Positions 51,720-64,000 of a stretch of DNA of 64,000 bases are shown in pieces. The translations under genes and the position numbers were made by a program. Source of the stretch: Neodothiora populina (taxonomy: Eukaryota); contig NW_027191405.1 of assembly GCF_041146345.1 (NCBI RefSeq), positions 992,001 through 1,056,000 on the forward strand, written 5' to 3'. Each line of letters begins with the position of its first letter. Position 1 is the stretch's first letter. Under the pieces are notes generated by a model. That model was not told the origin of the DNA and ran no database searches. It saw only the letters and a program-made list of their open reading frames with translations.

Positions 51720-52992
51720 AATGAAATCGCAAAGTAGAGAGTGTGATCTCGCGTATAGACAGCTATATGGAAGCGATGGTCAGCGTGATATCTCAAGACG
51801 CGGTGAGTCTGGCAGAGCGAAATCTTCAGAGAGTGGTCGCGGCAGTCTGGCGACTCGGATCCCCCAGAGAAGTATAAAACAAGTTGCTCAGAAGACGAGC
51901 AGGACCATATGGAAGATGGAATAGATATATTGCATGCGGGAGTGATGAAAGTGATGGAGGCTTAGACGATGTGAAAAGACGCAGCAGAGGGGTCTGAAAG
52001 AGTAATAGAGGAAACAGCAGAGACAGAAAGAGCAGAAAATCTTACTCCGAAAGAGCTACCGTGACTTTGGACAATGAAAGAGGTCAATATCAAGTCGACA
52101 ATAGACCAGTTGAGCGCGACAGAAAAGACGCCAAGAGCGTGCGAGAGCGGTTTGTCACACGCGATTAAGAAAGGAGAGGCATCTACTTGCCATGTCCCAG
52201 CACTGTGTGATGCACTGGAAGACAAGGAATGTGAGTATCAAAGTAATTAATGTGGTGTTTGGGGGGGAGTGGGTGGGTGATGATAATCGGGAGAGAAGGT
52301 GGAGGAAGGCTGTCACTCTTCTGGATCTCGCGGGCCTGTGTCTGTCTACCAGCAGCAGCAGAAGACGTGCACCCTACCTGCCTGCCGTGAAGTGAGCGAA
52401 GCACAAGCACAAGCGTGAATTGCCAAGCCAAGACCGGACAAGCCAAGACTTTGCAGCACGAGCCATGGCCATGCCGCAGGGCTGTCGCCAATTGCCAATT
52501 GCCAATGCAGCAGAAGCAGCAGCGAGACAGCAGCCAATGACCGAGTGTCAAAGTTTTGCGGTAAGCAGGTGCAGAAGCTGTGAGGCACACAAGCAAAAGA
52601 TATCTGCCCCTCCACTGTGGGCTGCCACTTTTTGCATTTTAGGGCAGTAATGGCGGGATTTGTGGCCCGAACTGCCCACCATGCAGCCAGCAGTCAGTCC
52701 AGTCAAGCCAGGAGTAATCTGTACCTTGCTTTTGCTTACCTACCGTCCCTTCCTATAATTTACCCTTATACTTAGCATACAATCACCCACCTCCCTGGTG
52801 TTTTGTAGTGGGCCTGTTTGCTTGCCTTTCTTTTTTCTCAGGACACGACACCGCCTCCGCTCGCCTTCCCACTGCCGCAAACCGCAGTCTGCGCCTTCCC
52901 ATAATTTTTCCACAGGCATCACGACACTGCCGTCTCGACAGACTTGCTCACTCTCAACCCTCTGTCGACATCAGCCAGGCACACCCGCGAAC

Positions 52993-55186
52993 ATGTCGGA
53001 CAAGTTGACTCGGTACGTTGACGTCCACAGACACACATGCCGTCGCGCAAATATGAAAATTCAATAAACAGCATACGCTGATGCAATATATCACAGTATT
53101 GCCATTATCAACACTGATAAGGTGAGTTTTACCATGCGGGCTTCGCACCTGCCTTGACAAAACATTGACAAGCGCCTGCTGACACTTTACTCAATAGTGC
53201 AAACCCAAGGTATGTTGAGATGCACTCCCTACCGCGAGTCTCATCTCACTTGGCCAAATTATCCCTCCGCTACCCTCACCTCGGACATCATCCTCATCTG
53301 ACTTGGCGCGTAGAAATGCAGACAAGAGTGCAAAAAGTCCTGTCCCGTCGTGAGGACAGGCAAGCTCTGTATCGAGGTCACCCCCGAATCCAAGATTGCC
53401 TTCATCTCCGAGCGCCTCTGCATTGGTTGTGGTATTTGCCCAAAGAAATGCCCCTTCGACGCCATCAGCATCATCAACTTGCCCACCAACCTTGAGTCAC
53501 AAGTCACCCACCGATACTCGGCCAACAGCTTCAAGCTCCACAGGCTACCCATGCCCAGGCCTGGCCAGGTCCTAGGTCTTGTCGGTACCAACGGTATCGG
53601 AAAGAGTACTGCGCTCAAGATTCTCAGTGGAAAGCTGAAGCCCAACCTCGGCCGCTACGACAACCCTCCCGACTGGGAGGAGATCCTCAAGTACTTCCGT
53701 GGTTCTGAACTGCAAAACTACTTCACCAAGGTTCTCGAAGATGACCTCAAGGCTGTCGTCAAGCCCCAATACGTCGACCAGATCCCCCGCGCCGTCAAGG
53801 GCACAAAGCGTAGCGTTGGCTTTCTTTTGAAGCAGCGTTCCCAGGTCGAGCCAGAGAGACTCCAGGAGATCCTCGACGTCCTGGAACTCAACCAGGTCAT
53901 TGACCGTGACATCGACCTCCTTTCCGGTGGTGAATTGCAACGTTTTGCGATTGCTATCGTCTGTGTCCAGAAGGCTGATGTGTGAGTCGATTTTCAAAAC
54001 CATGTTCATCCGTCTCCTTTGCTCATCTCCTTTTCTCAGGTACATGTTCGACGAGCCGTCATCTTTCCTCGATGTCAAGCAGCGTCTCGCCGCTGGTCGT
54101 CTGATTCGCAGTCTCCTTGGTCCTGACCGCTACGTCATTGTCGTCGAGCACGATTTGTCTATTCTCGACTACCTCTCTGACTTCATCTGCTTGTTGTACG
54201 GAAAGCCCGCCGTCTACGGTGTCGTGACTCACCCCTACTCCGTTCGTGAAGGTATCAACATCTTCCTTGATGGTCACATCCCCAGTGAGAACTTGCGATT
54301 CAGAGAGGAATCTCTTCAGTTCCGCATCGGAGAGGCCACGGATGATTTCATGGTCGATAAGCAGCGTGCATACAGCTACCCCTCGATGTCCAAGACATTG
54401 GCCGGTTTCCACCTTGACATCGAGACCGGTGAGTTCACCGACTCTGAGATCCTTGTCATGATGGGAGAGAACGGTACCGGAAAAACCACCTTCTGTAAGA
54501 TGCTGGCTGGTGCCCTGCAGCCTGACGGAACCACGCGCATTCCTCCTATGAACATCAGCATGAAGCCCCAGAAGATCACCCCCAAGTTCACCGGTACCGT
54601 CCGCCAGCTCTTCTTCAAGAAGATCAAGGCTTCTTTCCTGAACCCTCAGTTCCAGACCGACGTTTACAAGCCTCTGAAGATGGACGATTTCATCGATCAG
54701 GAAGTCCAGAACCTGTCCGGTGGTGAATTGCAGCGTGTCGCCATTGTCCTCGCACTAGGTATCCCTGCCGACATCTACCTAATTGACGAGCCTTCCGCCT
54801 ACCTCGACTCCGAGCAGCGCATCGTCGCCGCTCGTGTCATCAAGCGCTTCATCATGCACTCGAAGAAGACTGCCTTTATCGTCGAGCACGATTTCATCAT
54901 GGCCACTTATCTTGCCGACAGAGTCATTGTCTTTGACGGTCAACCATCCGTCAACTCTCGCGCCAACACGCCCGAGTCTTTGTTGACTGGATGCAACAAA
55001 TTCTTGAAGAACCTTGATGTCACCTTCAGACGCGACCCCAACTCTTACCGTCCTCGTATCAACAAGAACGACTCCCAACTCGACCAGGAACAGAAGTCTG
55101 CTGGAAACTACGTAAGTCTTTTCGGCTTTGATGATTTGGCGACCACTAACTCGTGCATTCAGTTCTTCCTGGAGGATGACTCCTGA
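52993..55186 (+). CDS. RLI1: ABCE1/Rli1 Fe-S ribosome recycling ATPase
   Basis: Exons 52993-53012, 53097-53121, 53198-53209, 53314-53981, 54040-55111 and 55163-55186. [15 protein letters not shown] and [13 protein letters not shown]e-S motifs, plus two ABC domains. Confidence 0.98.
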
Positions 55187-55988
55187 AAGGCGTCCCACGC
55201 CATTCTCAACCCCGAGCCAGCGACAGCTCGAGCATCAATGCAAAGCGCACGACCTCCCACCGCCGTCGTCGCCGATCCCGCCGTCGTGGACGTTGTGGGT
55301 ATTGGTCGGATAAAGTCGTAGGACCTGATGCCGAAGGCGGCGACGACGATGACGACGAAGAAAACGAGCAGGACTGCCGTTAGAGGCGCATCAAACCAAC
55401 AGCGCCGCGGTGAAGAAGTGCTTGGTCGACATCACAATAATGAGGTCACAATATAGCGGATGCAAACGCATCAGTGACGCGACACGACCCGACAACTCAC
55501 GCAGGGATGACTGTATGGTTTGATGTTCACGTCCAGAGGTATACACACGTGGTGGGCAGGTCAGATAGCAGATATGAAGCAAGACGCGGTTCTTCCAAAA
55601 AGTTAGGTTTACTGAAAACGAGAGATTTTGCTTTTTTTATTCCGCTCGAGGCTCCTCTCCGTGATATATCCTCTGCTATAAGAGCGTTTGTTCTAGTATC
55701 AGACAGTGAAGTATGAAGTGTTGAGGAAGGCAGGCACTTTTTGACTCTTGCTTGAGGTTTCAGGTATTGAATACGCACCTTCCTGCACGAACAACGACCA
55801 ACGATCAAATCTCGAGCCCGAGCTTTGCCACGAATAAGGGGGGTAGAATCATCATGACCACGAGCTACTACTGTGACATCAAAGGAAGAAGACGCACCGT
55901 GGTCGCGCAAGTCTCGAAATTGAGATCAACACACCTCTCCAACCAGACGCTTTTCAGCCTGCAAGCGAGAAAAGCGACCTGTCGTTTC

Positions 55989-55989
<1 letters not shown>

Positions 55990-56033
<44 letters not shown>

Positions 56034-56040
56034 TTTCTTT
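55990..56040 (+). repeat. (TTTC)n microsatellite
   Basis: About ten TTTC units just downstream of the PRP40 stop. Confidence 0.95.
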
Positions 56041-56055
56041 GTTCGTCGGCTCTTC

Positions 56056-58638
56056 CTAAACTTCTTCAATCTCACCTTCCTCACTGCCCGACTGCAGCGC
56101 GACTTCCTCTTGATGAGCGGCTGCAGCGGCGGCTGCGGCTGCGGCGGAGGAGGGATCTGCTGCTGCTGCGCCGGCGGCGGAGGGGTTTGACTGTTGTGCT
56201 GGGGTGACGGAGCCGTCGTTACGAGAGGATGTGCGCTCGCCGCGGTCGAGGCGGGGTCTCTGATTTTTTCCGTTAGTCAAAGATCAAACGTCGCTAGGTT
56301 TAGCTGTAGAGATGGGGAAAAGGGGGAGGAAAAGGAGAAAAAGAACAACGGACCTTCGCCTGTCTCCTCGAGTCCTGCTCCGCGCCACCGCCGGAGCCTC
56401 TCTTGCCCGAAAGACTCTCCGGTCTGCTCGGCGCGTCGCTGCTGTCTCCGTAGTCGAGCTCGCTGGCTTTAGCGCGTGGGTCGGCACGACTGATGTACGA
56501 GCGCTCGCGCTCCGCCTCGCGCTCTCGTCGCTCGCGGTCGTAGACGCTGAGACTGACCTGGCGCTCTCGCCTGTCGTCCCGCTCGTATCGGTCGTCGCCG
56601 CGCAGTCTGCGCTCGCGAGGCGGAGGCGAGAGGCCCCCGACGCTGGATGACGGGCGATATTGTCGCTCGCGCTCCGTGGCGGCTCGGCGGCGGTCTGCCT
56701 CGTAGGGATCGCTGTTGTCGCGGTTCGGGCTGCGGCTGCCACCTCCGCGCCGGCGGTCTCGGTCGCGACGCGAGGCGTGCCGGTCTTCTCGGGCTCGTTC
56801 GCGCTCGCGGTCGTGGCGGCGCATGCGTTCGCGCTCGGCGGCGTCTTCTTTGAGCCGGTTCATGTGCTTGTCGAAGGCGAGCGCGCGGTCCTCGTCGCTG
56901 CTCACTAGACTGAATTCTTCGTAGCGCTCGACGCGAGGTCGTACCTCTTCCCATGTGTCCCCGATTGCGACGGGGGGCTCGAGATGCTTGATTCGTGAGC
57001 GCAGCGCGTCGATAGCTTTGCGCTGTTGGCGCTTGGCGTCGCGTTCCATGTCTTCTTCGCGCTCGAGGGCGCTCTTGTGCAGGCGTCGGAAGACTTCCTC
57101 GAGGAGCGGCTTGGGGAAGGATCTTGCGCGTCGGTCTGACATGACGGGGTCCAGGTATTCTTCGAGGCTTGTGGATGGCTCGACGCGGAAATGCAGGTCC
57201 TTGAGCAGACTCTCGATGTGGATGCGGATGTCGTGCACTTCTCGGTCGAAGTCCTCGAGCATATCGAAGAAGAGATCTTGAGGCGTTGATCCGTCCGCCA
57301 CGCGGTCTTTGTGACCGAGGTTGTCGAGAAGAGCAGTGTATCGTGCATCGCCCTCGACCAGGGCATAGACTTCCTTCCACATGGTGCTGGGTGTGATTTT
57401 GCAGTCTTCACGGAGTTCCCTCAATAGCGCGACAAAGTTCTCTCTTGCCTTGCGCTGCTCTCTGGCCTTGATCTGAGCCTTGTGCTGCTTCTCGTGGTGA
57501 GCGTCGTTCCATAGTCTTCGCATGTACTTGTCGAATTGATGCAGAGGCTCCGAGGGTGGCAGCTGCTTGTATTTGTCGTCACTCTGGAATTCAGGCAGGC
57601 TCTGTAATTGCTCGCGTGTCTCGAGCCACTGTGACTTTGCTGTCAAGTTGAGAGATTTGAGGAGGTCAGCGACGCCAGAGACGGCGGCATCGTAGTCCTT
57701 TTGACGCTTCTGCTCTGCATCTTTCTTCAGATCCAGAATGTACTCGTCCAACAGGCGCTTCTTCTCCGCCTCGTTCTCCGTGGAGCGGAAGATGGCCTCG
57801 CCTTCCAGAACAGGACGAGCGGTTCTCCAGCGGGTGTAGTGCTTGATCTCGGGGTGGGTGGCCAGCATAGCACGGAAGTCTGCGCGCAGCTTCTTGATCC
57901 GTTCCTTCTCTTTTTCCACGTCTTCCTTGACGACATCTTCGAGGTACTTCTCGAAGGCGGCCTTCCTGTCATTGGGCTCTTTGATGGCGCGGTATTGCGG
58001 GTCTTGAATGGTCGCGCGCATCGCTCTCTCCCAGGACCATCCGGGCTGGACACCAGCCTTGCGCAAGAGCTTGGTGAAGGCGGCCTCTGCCTCTGCCAGA
58101 CTGCCGTACTCGGGCCCGCTGGCGACTACGGCCATGGGACCACGGAATCCACCACCATCGTCGCGGCGGTCGTAGAAAGGTCTTCCGTCTCGGGGAGGTC
58201 TCTGGTCACGCGAATCGCGCTGGTCTCGCTGGTCTCGCTGGTCTCGCTGGTCCCGGTGGTCGCGCGAGGCTGGCTGCAGCTGGAAACTGGATGAGACGAA
58301 ACCGTCTTGGGGAGGTGCTGCGACGGGCGCTGCTTCCCATCCGTCAGGTGGAGTCCACGAGGTCTTGGTCTTGTCGTCCTTGAGGAAGTAGTAGACCCTT
58401 CCTCCGTCCGCCGTTGTTTGCGCCCATCCTGTAGCGCGCTATGTCGGACACATATGGTCAGCCGATGCAGAGCAGACAGCACTGTTTGATTCGGAACACT
58501 CACTTGTGCTGGAGTCAGTAGATCGTCAGGGACGATGTAGGTGGTGACTTTTGTCTGAGGATTGTAGTAGTATGGCTTGTTGGTCTTGGGATCGGTCAGT
58601 GTCTGCCACACAGGAGGCATCGGCGGTAGACCGTTCAT
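56056..58638 (-). CDS. PRP40: U1 snRNP-associated WW/FF-domain protein Prp40 (FNBP3)
   Basis: Two N-terminal WW domains, FF repeats (AEAAFTKLLRKAGVQPGWSWE..DPQYRAI..RKAAFEKY), an RD/RE-rich tail and the C-terminus SGSEEGEIEEV. Two introns. Confidence 0.93.
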
Positions 58639-59164
58639 CGTGATCGCAGTATTGGTGCGATATGTCACGAGTAGACGTTTGGGATAATACAAGAAACAGT
58701 ATCAAAAGATTACTGCTCTGTACTGCTCATTCACTGTAACGTTCATTGATGTCAAGGAACACTTCACCAAAATGATTATTGCCATAATTACCTCTCAGGC
58801 CTATACCTCTAAGGCCTATTCAGGTAAGGTTGCCGTAATCACGGACCACATCCCGTCCGCTCGGATGATTACTGGGGCCGTATACCTTTTCGGAATTGAC
58901 CTTATAGCAATGAACAGGGTCCCCCTCTCGCTGCATTGTCCCGTGCTGTACACATGCAGTACCTGAATCAGAAACACCGACTACACTTCTGTATCAAATA
59001 TATCTCGCCTTTCAATTGACCTTTGTCACGACCAGTAGACGATATACTGTAATTGGTGCAACTCAACACCCTCGTGGATTGCACTGATACCCCAAGTATT
59101 TGTGTCGTAGAAGACATGCTACAACCCTCACGATAGTATACCAATACACCTCAACACCGCATAT

Positions 59165-60981
59165 ATGCCATCTCTCGCAGCCAGCGTGCAGCAACCTGCA
59201 CTGACATTTCCAGACGACTTACGTCTTGAGCTCCTGATCCTCGCCCAAGACGATTTCAATGTCGCATCCCACGTGTCCAAAGGGCCAAATGCTCTGGTAA
59301 CGCCACGTGACACGCTCTTCTTTGGTATCAATCTTGGGCGACCGCAACTAAACAAATTGCTCAACGACTGACCGCAACAGAGGAATTGCTCCCCGTACAT
59401 GTTATTCTCCGTGGAAACATCGACTCCGATGTATTCGAGGACATTCTATCTCGCACTGAAGTAAGCGTTACAGCGAATGCAACTTCCGCAGCCCCTCCAC
59501 CACGTGCCCATCATGGAGGCAACGAGGTCGCGGAGAAGCCGCTGAGGGCCTTATTGGACTCTGCAGCTCTCATTGGAGATGATGCCGTTCGAGGCAAATC
59601 AGATTCTGAGGACTCTCCTGAATATTACGCTGTATTCAAGGCGGAGCTCTACCTCAAGTATCCTCCTGCAAAGCTTCACAAGCCAGCGGTGCATTTCAAC
59701 GCTTCTGTCGCTCTACACCCTGCGGCCAAGTCTAACGACTCGACCCCAATGGAGTCGGAGTACCTCATGAGCGGTCTGCCAGATACGGAAAACCTACTCG
59801 GAAGTCTAGCTCTGTCCTTGGGATCAATCACTAGCCCTGGAGAAGCACTTAGTCTCCCCGCCTCTCGACTGACTAAAGTTGCACCGCGCGCCTCCTTGAC
59901 TAATGTCGATGCTCGGCCCCTGCGCATCTCCTCGAAACTCATTCCAATCACTCCCATGTTGATGATGCGAGTCGCGTCCACGGCATCAACGCCCATGTCT
60001 GAGCCCGTGGCAACCCTAGATCTTGAACTCACAAGATACGTGGACTGCAGCGTTGAAATCCAGAGTGTCAAAGTCAAAGCAAGTCACCTGAGTGCAGAAT
60101 GTTTGACCGAGAGTTTGCAATCATCACTTGTTCTGTACCCCGGCGATCGAAGCTCGCTGATGTACAAACTACTGGAAGATGATGAGTGGGCCACGGCCAA
60201 CTACGCCGACCATGCGCTCGACATCGACGTTGTGGCAATTGCCCGACTGACTGGGTCTTGCAATCCACGTTTGAAGGGTCAGTGGAGAGGCACTATTGAT
60301 CCTTTCGTCGGAAAAAGATTGAATCACTGGCAGCGTCCGGGCAGCTCTTCTTCGCGCATGTCGCAAGATATGGTAGCATCCCGACCACTTGGAAAGCATC
60401 TGAGCATGACTGGTAGACCTCAGAGTACGCTAGGCTCCGATCTTGGTGTGACCTTCTCCTTCAGCGGTCCCCCGAATGTGCGCAATGGCGAGACTTTCTT
60501 TCTCGATATATTCATCGTCAATCGCAGCATGCGCAGGAAGCGCTTGGCCATCATCGCCGTACCACATCCAGCCAAAAGTCTTCAGTCATCCACGTACGGG
60601 CCTCGACCCTTCACCGCGGATTCTAATATATCTACTTGGCGTCATGAAACTGCCGAGGCCGTTGTGCAGAGTAAGAGTCTGTTTTACCAGCATAACAGGC
60701 GCCAGAACGATGGAGCGGAGGTGATATGTTTGAATGCAGATGTCCGCATTGGGTGAGTAAAGCCACTTCTCTTTCTTGCTTCTGGATCTGATCCGTGGAT
60801 TAGACCACTACCTCCTGGGACATGCCACAATGTTCAGCTAGAGTTCCTTGCACTCTCGCCAGGGTTTGTGAGCCTCGCGGCACTGCACATCATCGATCTT
60901 GAAACAAAAGAGACAATCGAAGTCACAGATCTTCCAGAAATCGAAGTGTTGGATTCTGGTAAAGATATGTTACAGATATGA
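59165..60981 (+). CDS. TRS65: TRAPP II complex subunit Trs65
   Basis: RDTLFF, intron 59325-59380, EELLPVHVIL. The C-terminal region reads GVTFSFSGP..FFLDIFIVNRS..VICLNADVRIGPLPPGTCHNVQLEFLAL..IIDL. Confidence 0.82.
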
Positions 60982-61086
60982 CTCGACTGATCGATCGATG
61001 TTCTCGGTCATAAGCGTACTGTACATGTCGGACAAGCCGGCTTCAAGCTTATATTTCTGGGTGTCCAAGTGTGACATGTCAAACGG

Positions 61087-62310
61087 CTAGTCAGCTCTCC
61101 AACGTATCGCCCAATCGCCCTTTGCAAAACTCGGTTCCACTACAGCTCCGTTCATGACAGCTTCGCAGAGTCTTAGTCCGTCATCTGAAGTGGCTGCCTT
61201 GCCACCTTTCTCTCGCTTCTCCTCTTTATGCTCCTGTCGCAGCCCGAAGACAACTGCCCGCCTCGCCGCGCAGCGGACCATCTCTCTCTGATCCGCCTTC
61301 TTCTGCCCTTCCCTGCGTTTCAGGATCATCTCCGGAGTTTCCTCGATGCGCTCTGCCCAACCCTTTTCTCCGCCAATACTTCCATTGACCAAAGACTTTG
61401 ACTGCGCAGGTCTGACGCACAGCGGTATGCCACCGTCAGGGCCTTCCTCAGCCTCAGGTACTGCCGACATGGAGGCTTGATCCTCTGAATGAGTTGATCC
61501 TAGGTCGGTATCTGAGCCGCCACTACTCCCCTCCATATCTACGCTCTTCCATACCTCATCATCAGGAACGCCCCGTCTCGCGCGATTCTTCTTCCGGCCA
61601 AATACCTTCTCGGGATCGGCGTTTGAGCCAAAGATGAGTTCTTCAACTTCACTGCAGGGAACCAATATCCTAGGATCACCCTTTACTTTCTTGCCTTTGG
61701 CGACTTTACGCACCTCTCGCTTAGCACCCGCCGCTGCCGATGCCGCCGCCGCCTCGTCAGACTCGATGTTGTCAACTTGTACACCCAGAGCCTCACGACC
61801 GTCGAGCAGAGCCGCAAAGGCAGCTTCGATCTGTCGGTCTACAGGCCTGAGCTTGTGGCGTTTACATCTGTCCGAGCAGTATTTCACTTCGGTCGACGTC
61901 GACTTTTTCCGAGATCCTAGAGACGAGAAACGTCAAAAAAACCCCCATAGGCATAGATATCATCTCCCTCATATCTCACATATAATATCTAATCATATAA
62001 AGCACCAAAACTACAAGTTCAGCTTTCAGAGAAACATACCGATCGTCCTTCCGCATGAATGACAATACCGCGCTTCAGTGCCTTGCGTGAGATAATACGG
62101 CGGTGGAGTCGCGGCCGATTTCCTGGGCCGTGAACCTGTCTTATGTTTAGTAAAGCCAATCAGAGACTCCGCTTCTTGTTCTAGACGACGGCAAGATAGT
62201 ATGATATGAATGTGCACAGTAGTGTTTGTTTCTGATTCAACGTACAGAGGAGGGCGATGAGGCAAAGAGGAGAGGGGGAGGGGGTTCTCACATGAGTCCA
62301 TCCAACTCAT
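61087..62310 (-). CDS. Conserved fungal protein with CxxC...YCSDRC (DUF2256-like) zinc-binding motif
   Basis: The spliced sequence reads MSWMDSW|SRPRKSAATPPPYYL..RYCHSCGRTI|GSRKK..VKYCSDRCK. The C-terminus reads REMVRCAARR..VVEPSFAKGDW. Confidence 0.82.
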
Positions 62311-62450
62311 CTTGTCGTAACTTAATAACCACCCCGCCTGAAGCAGTTCTATAGGGACGTGTCTTCGGTGTGTTCCACAGGACAATCAGTATACGCGGCA
62401 GACGTAGAACAATGTATGTGATACAATGCAGCAGCAAGTGAAAGATTCTG

Positions 62451-62475
62451 TGCAGTGCAGTGCAGTGCAGTGCAG
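62451..62475 (+). repeat. (TGCAG)5 pentanucleotide repeat
   Basis: Direct read; lies upstream of the DUF2256-like gene. Confidence 0.9.
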
Positions 62476-63153
62476 TACTGTAGTGGTGTAAGTATAGGTG
62501 TACCTAGGTGCGTGCATGCAGTCACCGTTGTTGCCTGGCTGGCTCAAAGCATCACGTCACCGATGATCGCTTACGGTACCTGAGGCTACCTACTTTGGCG
62601 TTTAAGCTTCTTGCCTTACCTTACTGTATTACCTCACCTTACTTCGAACATCTCACTTTTGCTATCGATCACATGTTGTACTGTAATGTTTGGAAGATTG
62701 CTATTGATCCTTTCGCCGTGGACAAAAGTGGGAATGGATTAGTATGGAGGGAGGTGATATCTTCAGTGAGTGCCGTTTTTGTCTATGTGGCTACAGTGAG
62801 CTATCGTATCGCATCTGGATGTGTAGATTGAGGTGGCATGATAGAGTGGATTTGTTTCGTGATTCGAGATGCGGTCATGGGCATACTTTGCTGTCTCTTC
62901 ACTGCTCTTGCCAACGCAACGATCAGTATGATCGGTTATGCATGGGTAGTCAATGTGCGTGCGTGCGGTACAATTGTTTGCGAAACCTGAGTACATGGAA
63001 CTTTCATCTCTACTTGCAGCAATGAAGCATACGGCCCAGCAAAGACACCAAGGTTGTATAAGGTATGTATGATATATTTCAGATCAAAACGCCGTCGACA
63101 TGAGGTCCGGAAAAACTATAAATCCACCAGTCAAAACTTGAAGACATGCAAAC

Positions 63154-64000
63154 TCAGCCTCCAAAGTCCTCCTCGATCTCGTCTTCGTCCATGGTCGCGA
63201 CAAATGCTCTTCGCACGAATGCCAGCCATGCCTTGTTGTGTTTCGTGTGCTTCTTCTTCTTACCGTGCTTGCCCTTGTTTTTCTTCTTTTTCTTATCCTT
63301 ACCTGAAGCATCAATGGCTTCTGCCTCGCTTTCTGCGGGTGTCTCGACTTCTTCTCCTTCTTCATTGATTGCAAGATCCGGCATGTCCTTCTTCTTGCTC
63401 TTCCCCACTGTGCCGATTCTTTGGGCCAAGTCGAGGACGCTGCGCATCGACAGGTCGGTCAGATTGTAGATCTTGTCCTCCTGTGTGTCATACAAGACGT
63501 CGTAGTGGAACTCCGTCGGGTGAGGTTTGACGTCTCGGTCTTGAGGCTTCTTGCCCTTGTGCTTTCCCTCGCGCCATTTCTGTTCCTCGAGCTGTTCCTG
63601 AGTTATGACGTTGAAGTCATTGTTGATTTGAGTCAGGTTGGCGTAGTACTGGGTGAATTTGGTGAGCGAGAGAGCCTGTGGAGAATATGCTGGTCCTGGA
63701 GGTGCGGAGCTCGAAGGCGGGTTGGGCACGGTGAAGCGCTGTCGCTTGGGCTTCTTAGGCTTCTTTTTCCTCATGTCGATATCGACGTCGCCCGCAGCCT
63801 CGATCTCGATCTCGTTCAAGGCTTCCCTTGTTGGTGTGTCTTCAGCAATGAAGAAACTCGACCACGCATCTGAACCTTGAGTCTGCAACCCAGTGATGTT
63901 GTATTCGAATACACGAATCGTTGGGAAGTAGTTGGGCACGACACTGGGTGCAGCAAACGATAAGCTGAAGCGCTCTGCGTAAGCTCCACCAATCGCTTCC
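63154..64000 (-). CDS. PPN1: Endopolyphosphatase Ppn1, 3' part (5' end lies beyond the window)
   Basis: IGGAYAERFSLSFAAPSVVPNYFPTIRVFEYNITG, PPGPAYSPQALSL..QYYANLT and WLAFVRRAFV. Confidence 0.9.
   Translation of the reverse strand, partial: EAIGGAYAERFSLSFAAPSVVPNYFPTIRVFEYNITGLQTQGSDAWSSFFIAEDTPTREALNEIEIEAAGDVDIDMRKKKPKKPKRQRFTVPNPPSSSAPPGPAYSPQALSLTKFTQYYANLTQINNDFNVITQEQLEEQKWREGKHKGKKPQDRDVKPHPTEFHYDVLYDTQEDKIYNLTDLSMRSVLDLAQRIGTVGKSKKKDMPDLAINEEGEEVETPAESEAEAIDASGKDKKKKKNKGKHGKKKKHTKHNKAWLAFVRRAFVATMDEDEIEEDFGG

Noticed and set aside
55262..55350. 11-bp inverted repeat (CGTCGTCGCCG / CGGCGACGACG) in the RLI1 3' UTR
   Set aside because: It is made of low-complexity CGT/GAC triplets that are common here, which is insufficient evidence for a functional hairpin.

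Overview
Eukaryotic genomic DNA from a filamentous ascomycete (short spliceosomal introns with GTRNGT donors, CTRAC branch points and YAG acceptors; a Eurotiomycete/Chaetothyriales-like origin is my inference). The window is a gene-dense housekeeping region of about 22 genes. Recognisable genes are SFH1, a PPPDE/DeSI peptidase, LSM8, ERB1, ROX3/MED19, NPL6/RSC7, farB/CTF1-beta, IML2, SEM1, PGK1, an Mpv17/PMP22 protein, CHD1, RLI1, PRP40, TRS65 and a partial PPN1. There are also bZIP-DUF3425, Zn2Cys6, bHLH, F-box and DUF2256 proteins. One Fot1/pogo DNA transposon is present with perfect 44-bp TIRs, a TA duplication and one nonsense codon. The most unusual signals are hidden alternative C-termini. 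(1) A 73-codon in-frame extension follows the TGA-C stop of the PPPDE gene and contains a tandem peptide repeat that diverged mostly at synonymous sites. (2) In SFH1 and PGK1 the stop codon is embedded in a splice donor; splicing would append a bZIP-like basic tail (SFH1) or a PTS1-like -SSL tail (PGK1). A dyad motif, AGG-TAG-CCT, recurs in several promoters. All exon boundaries were read by eye and no database searches were run.
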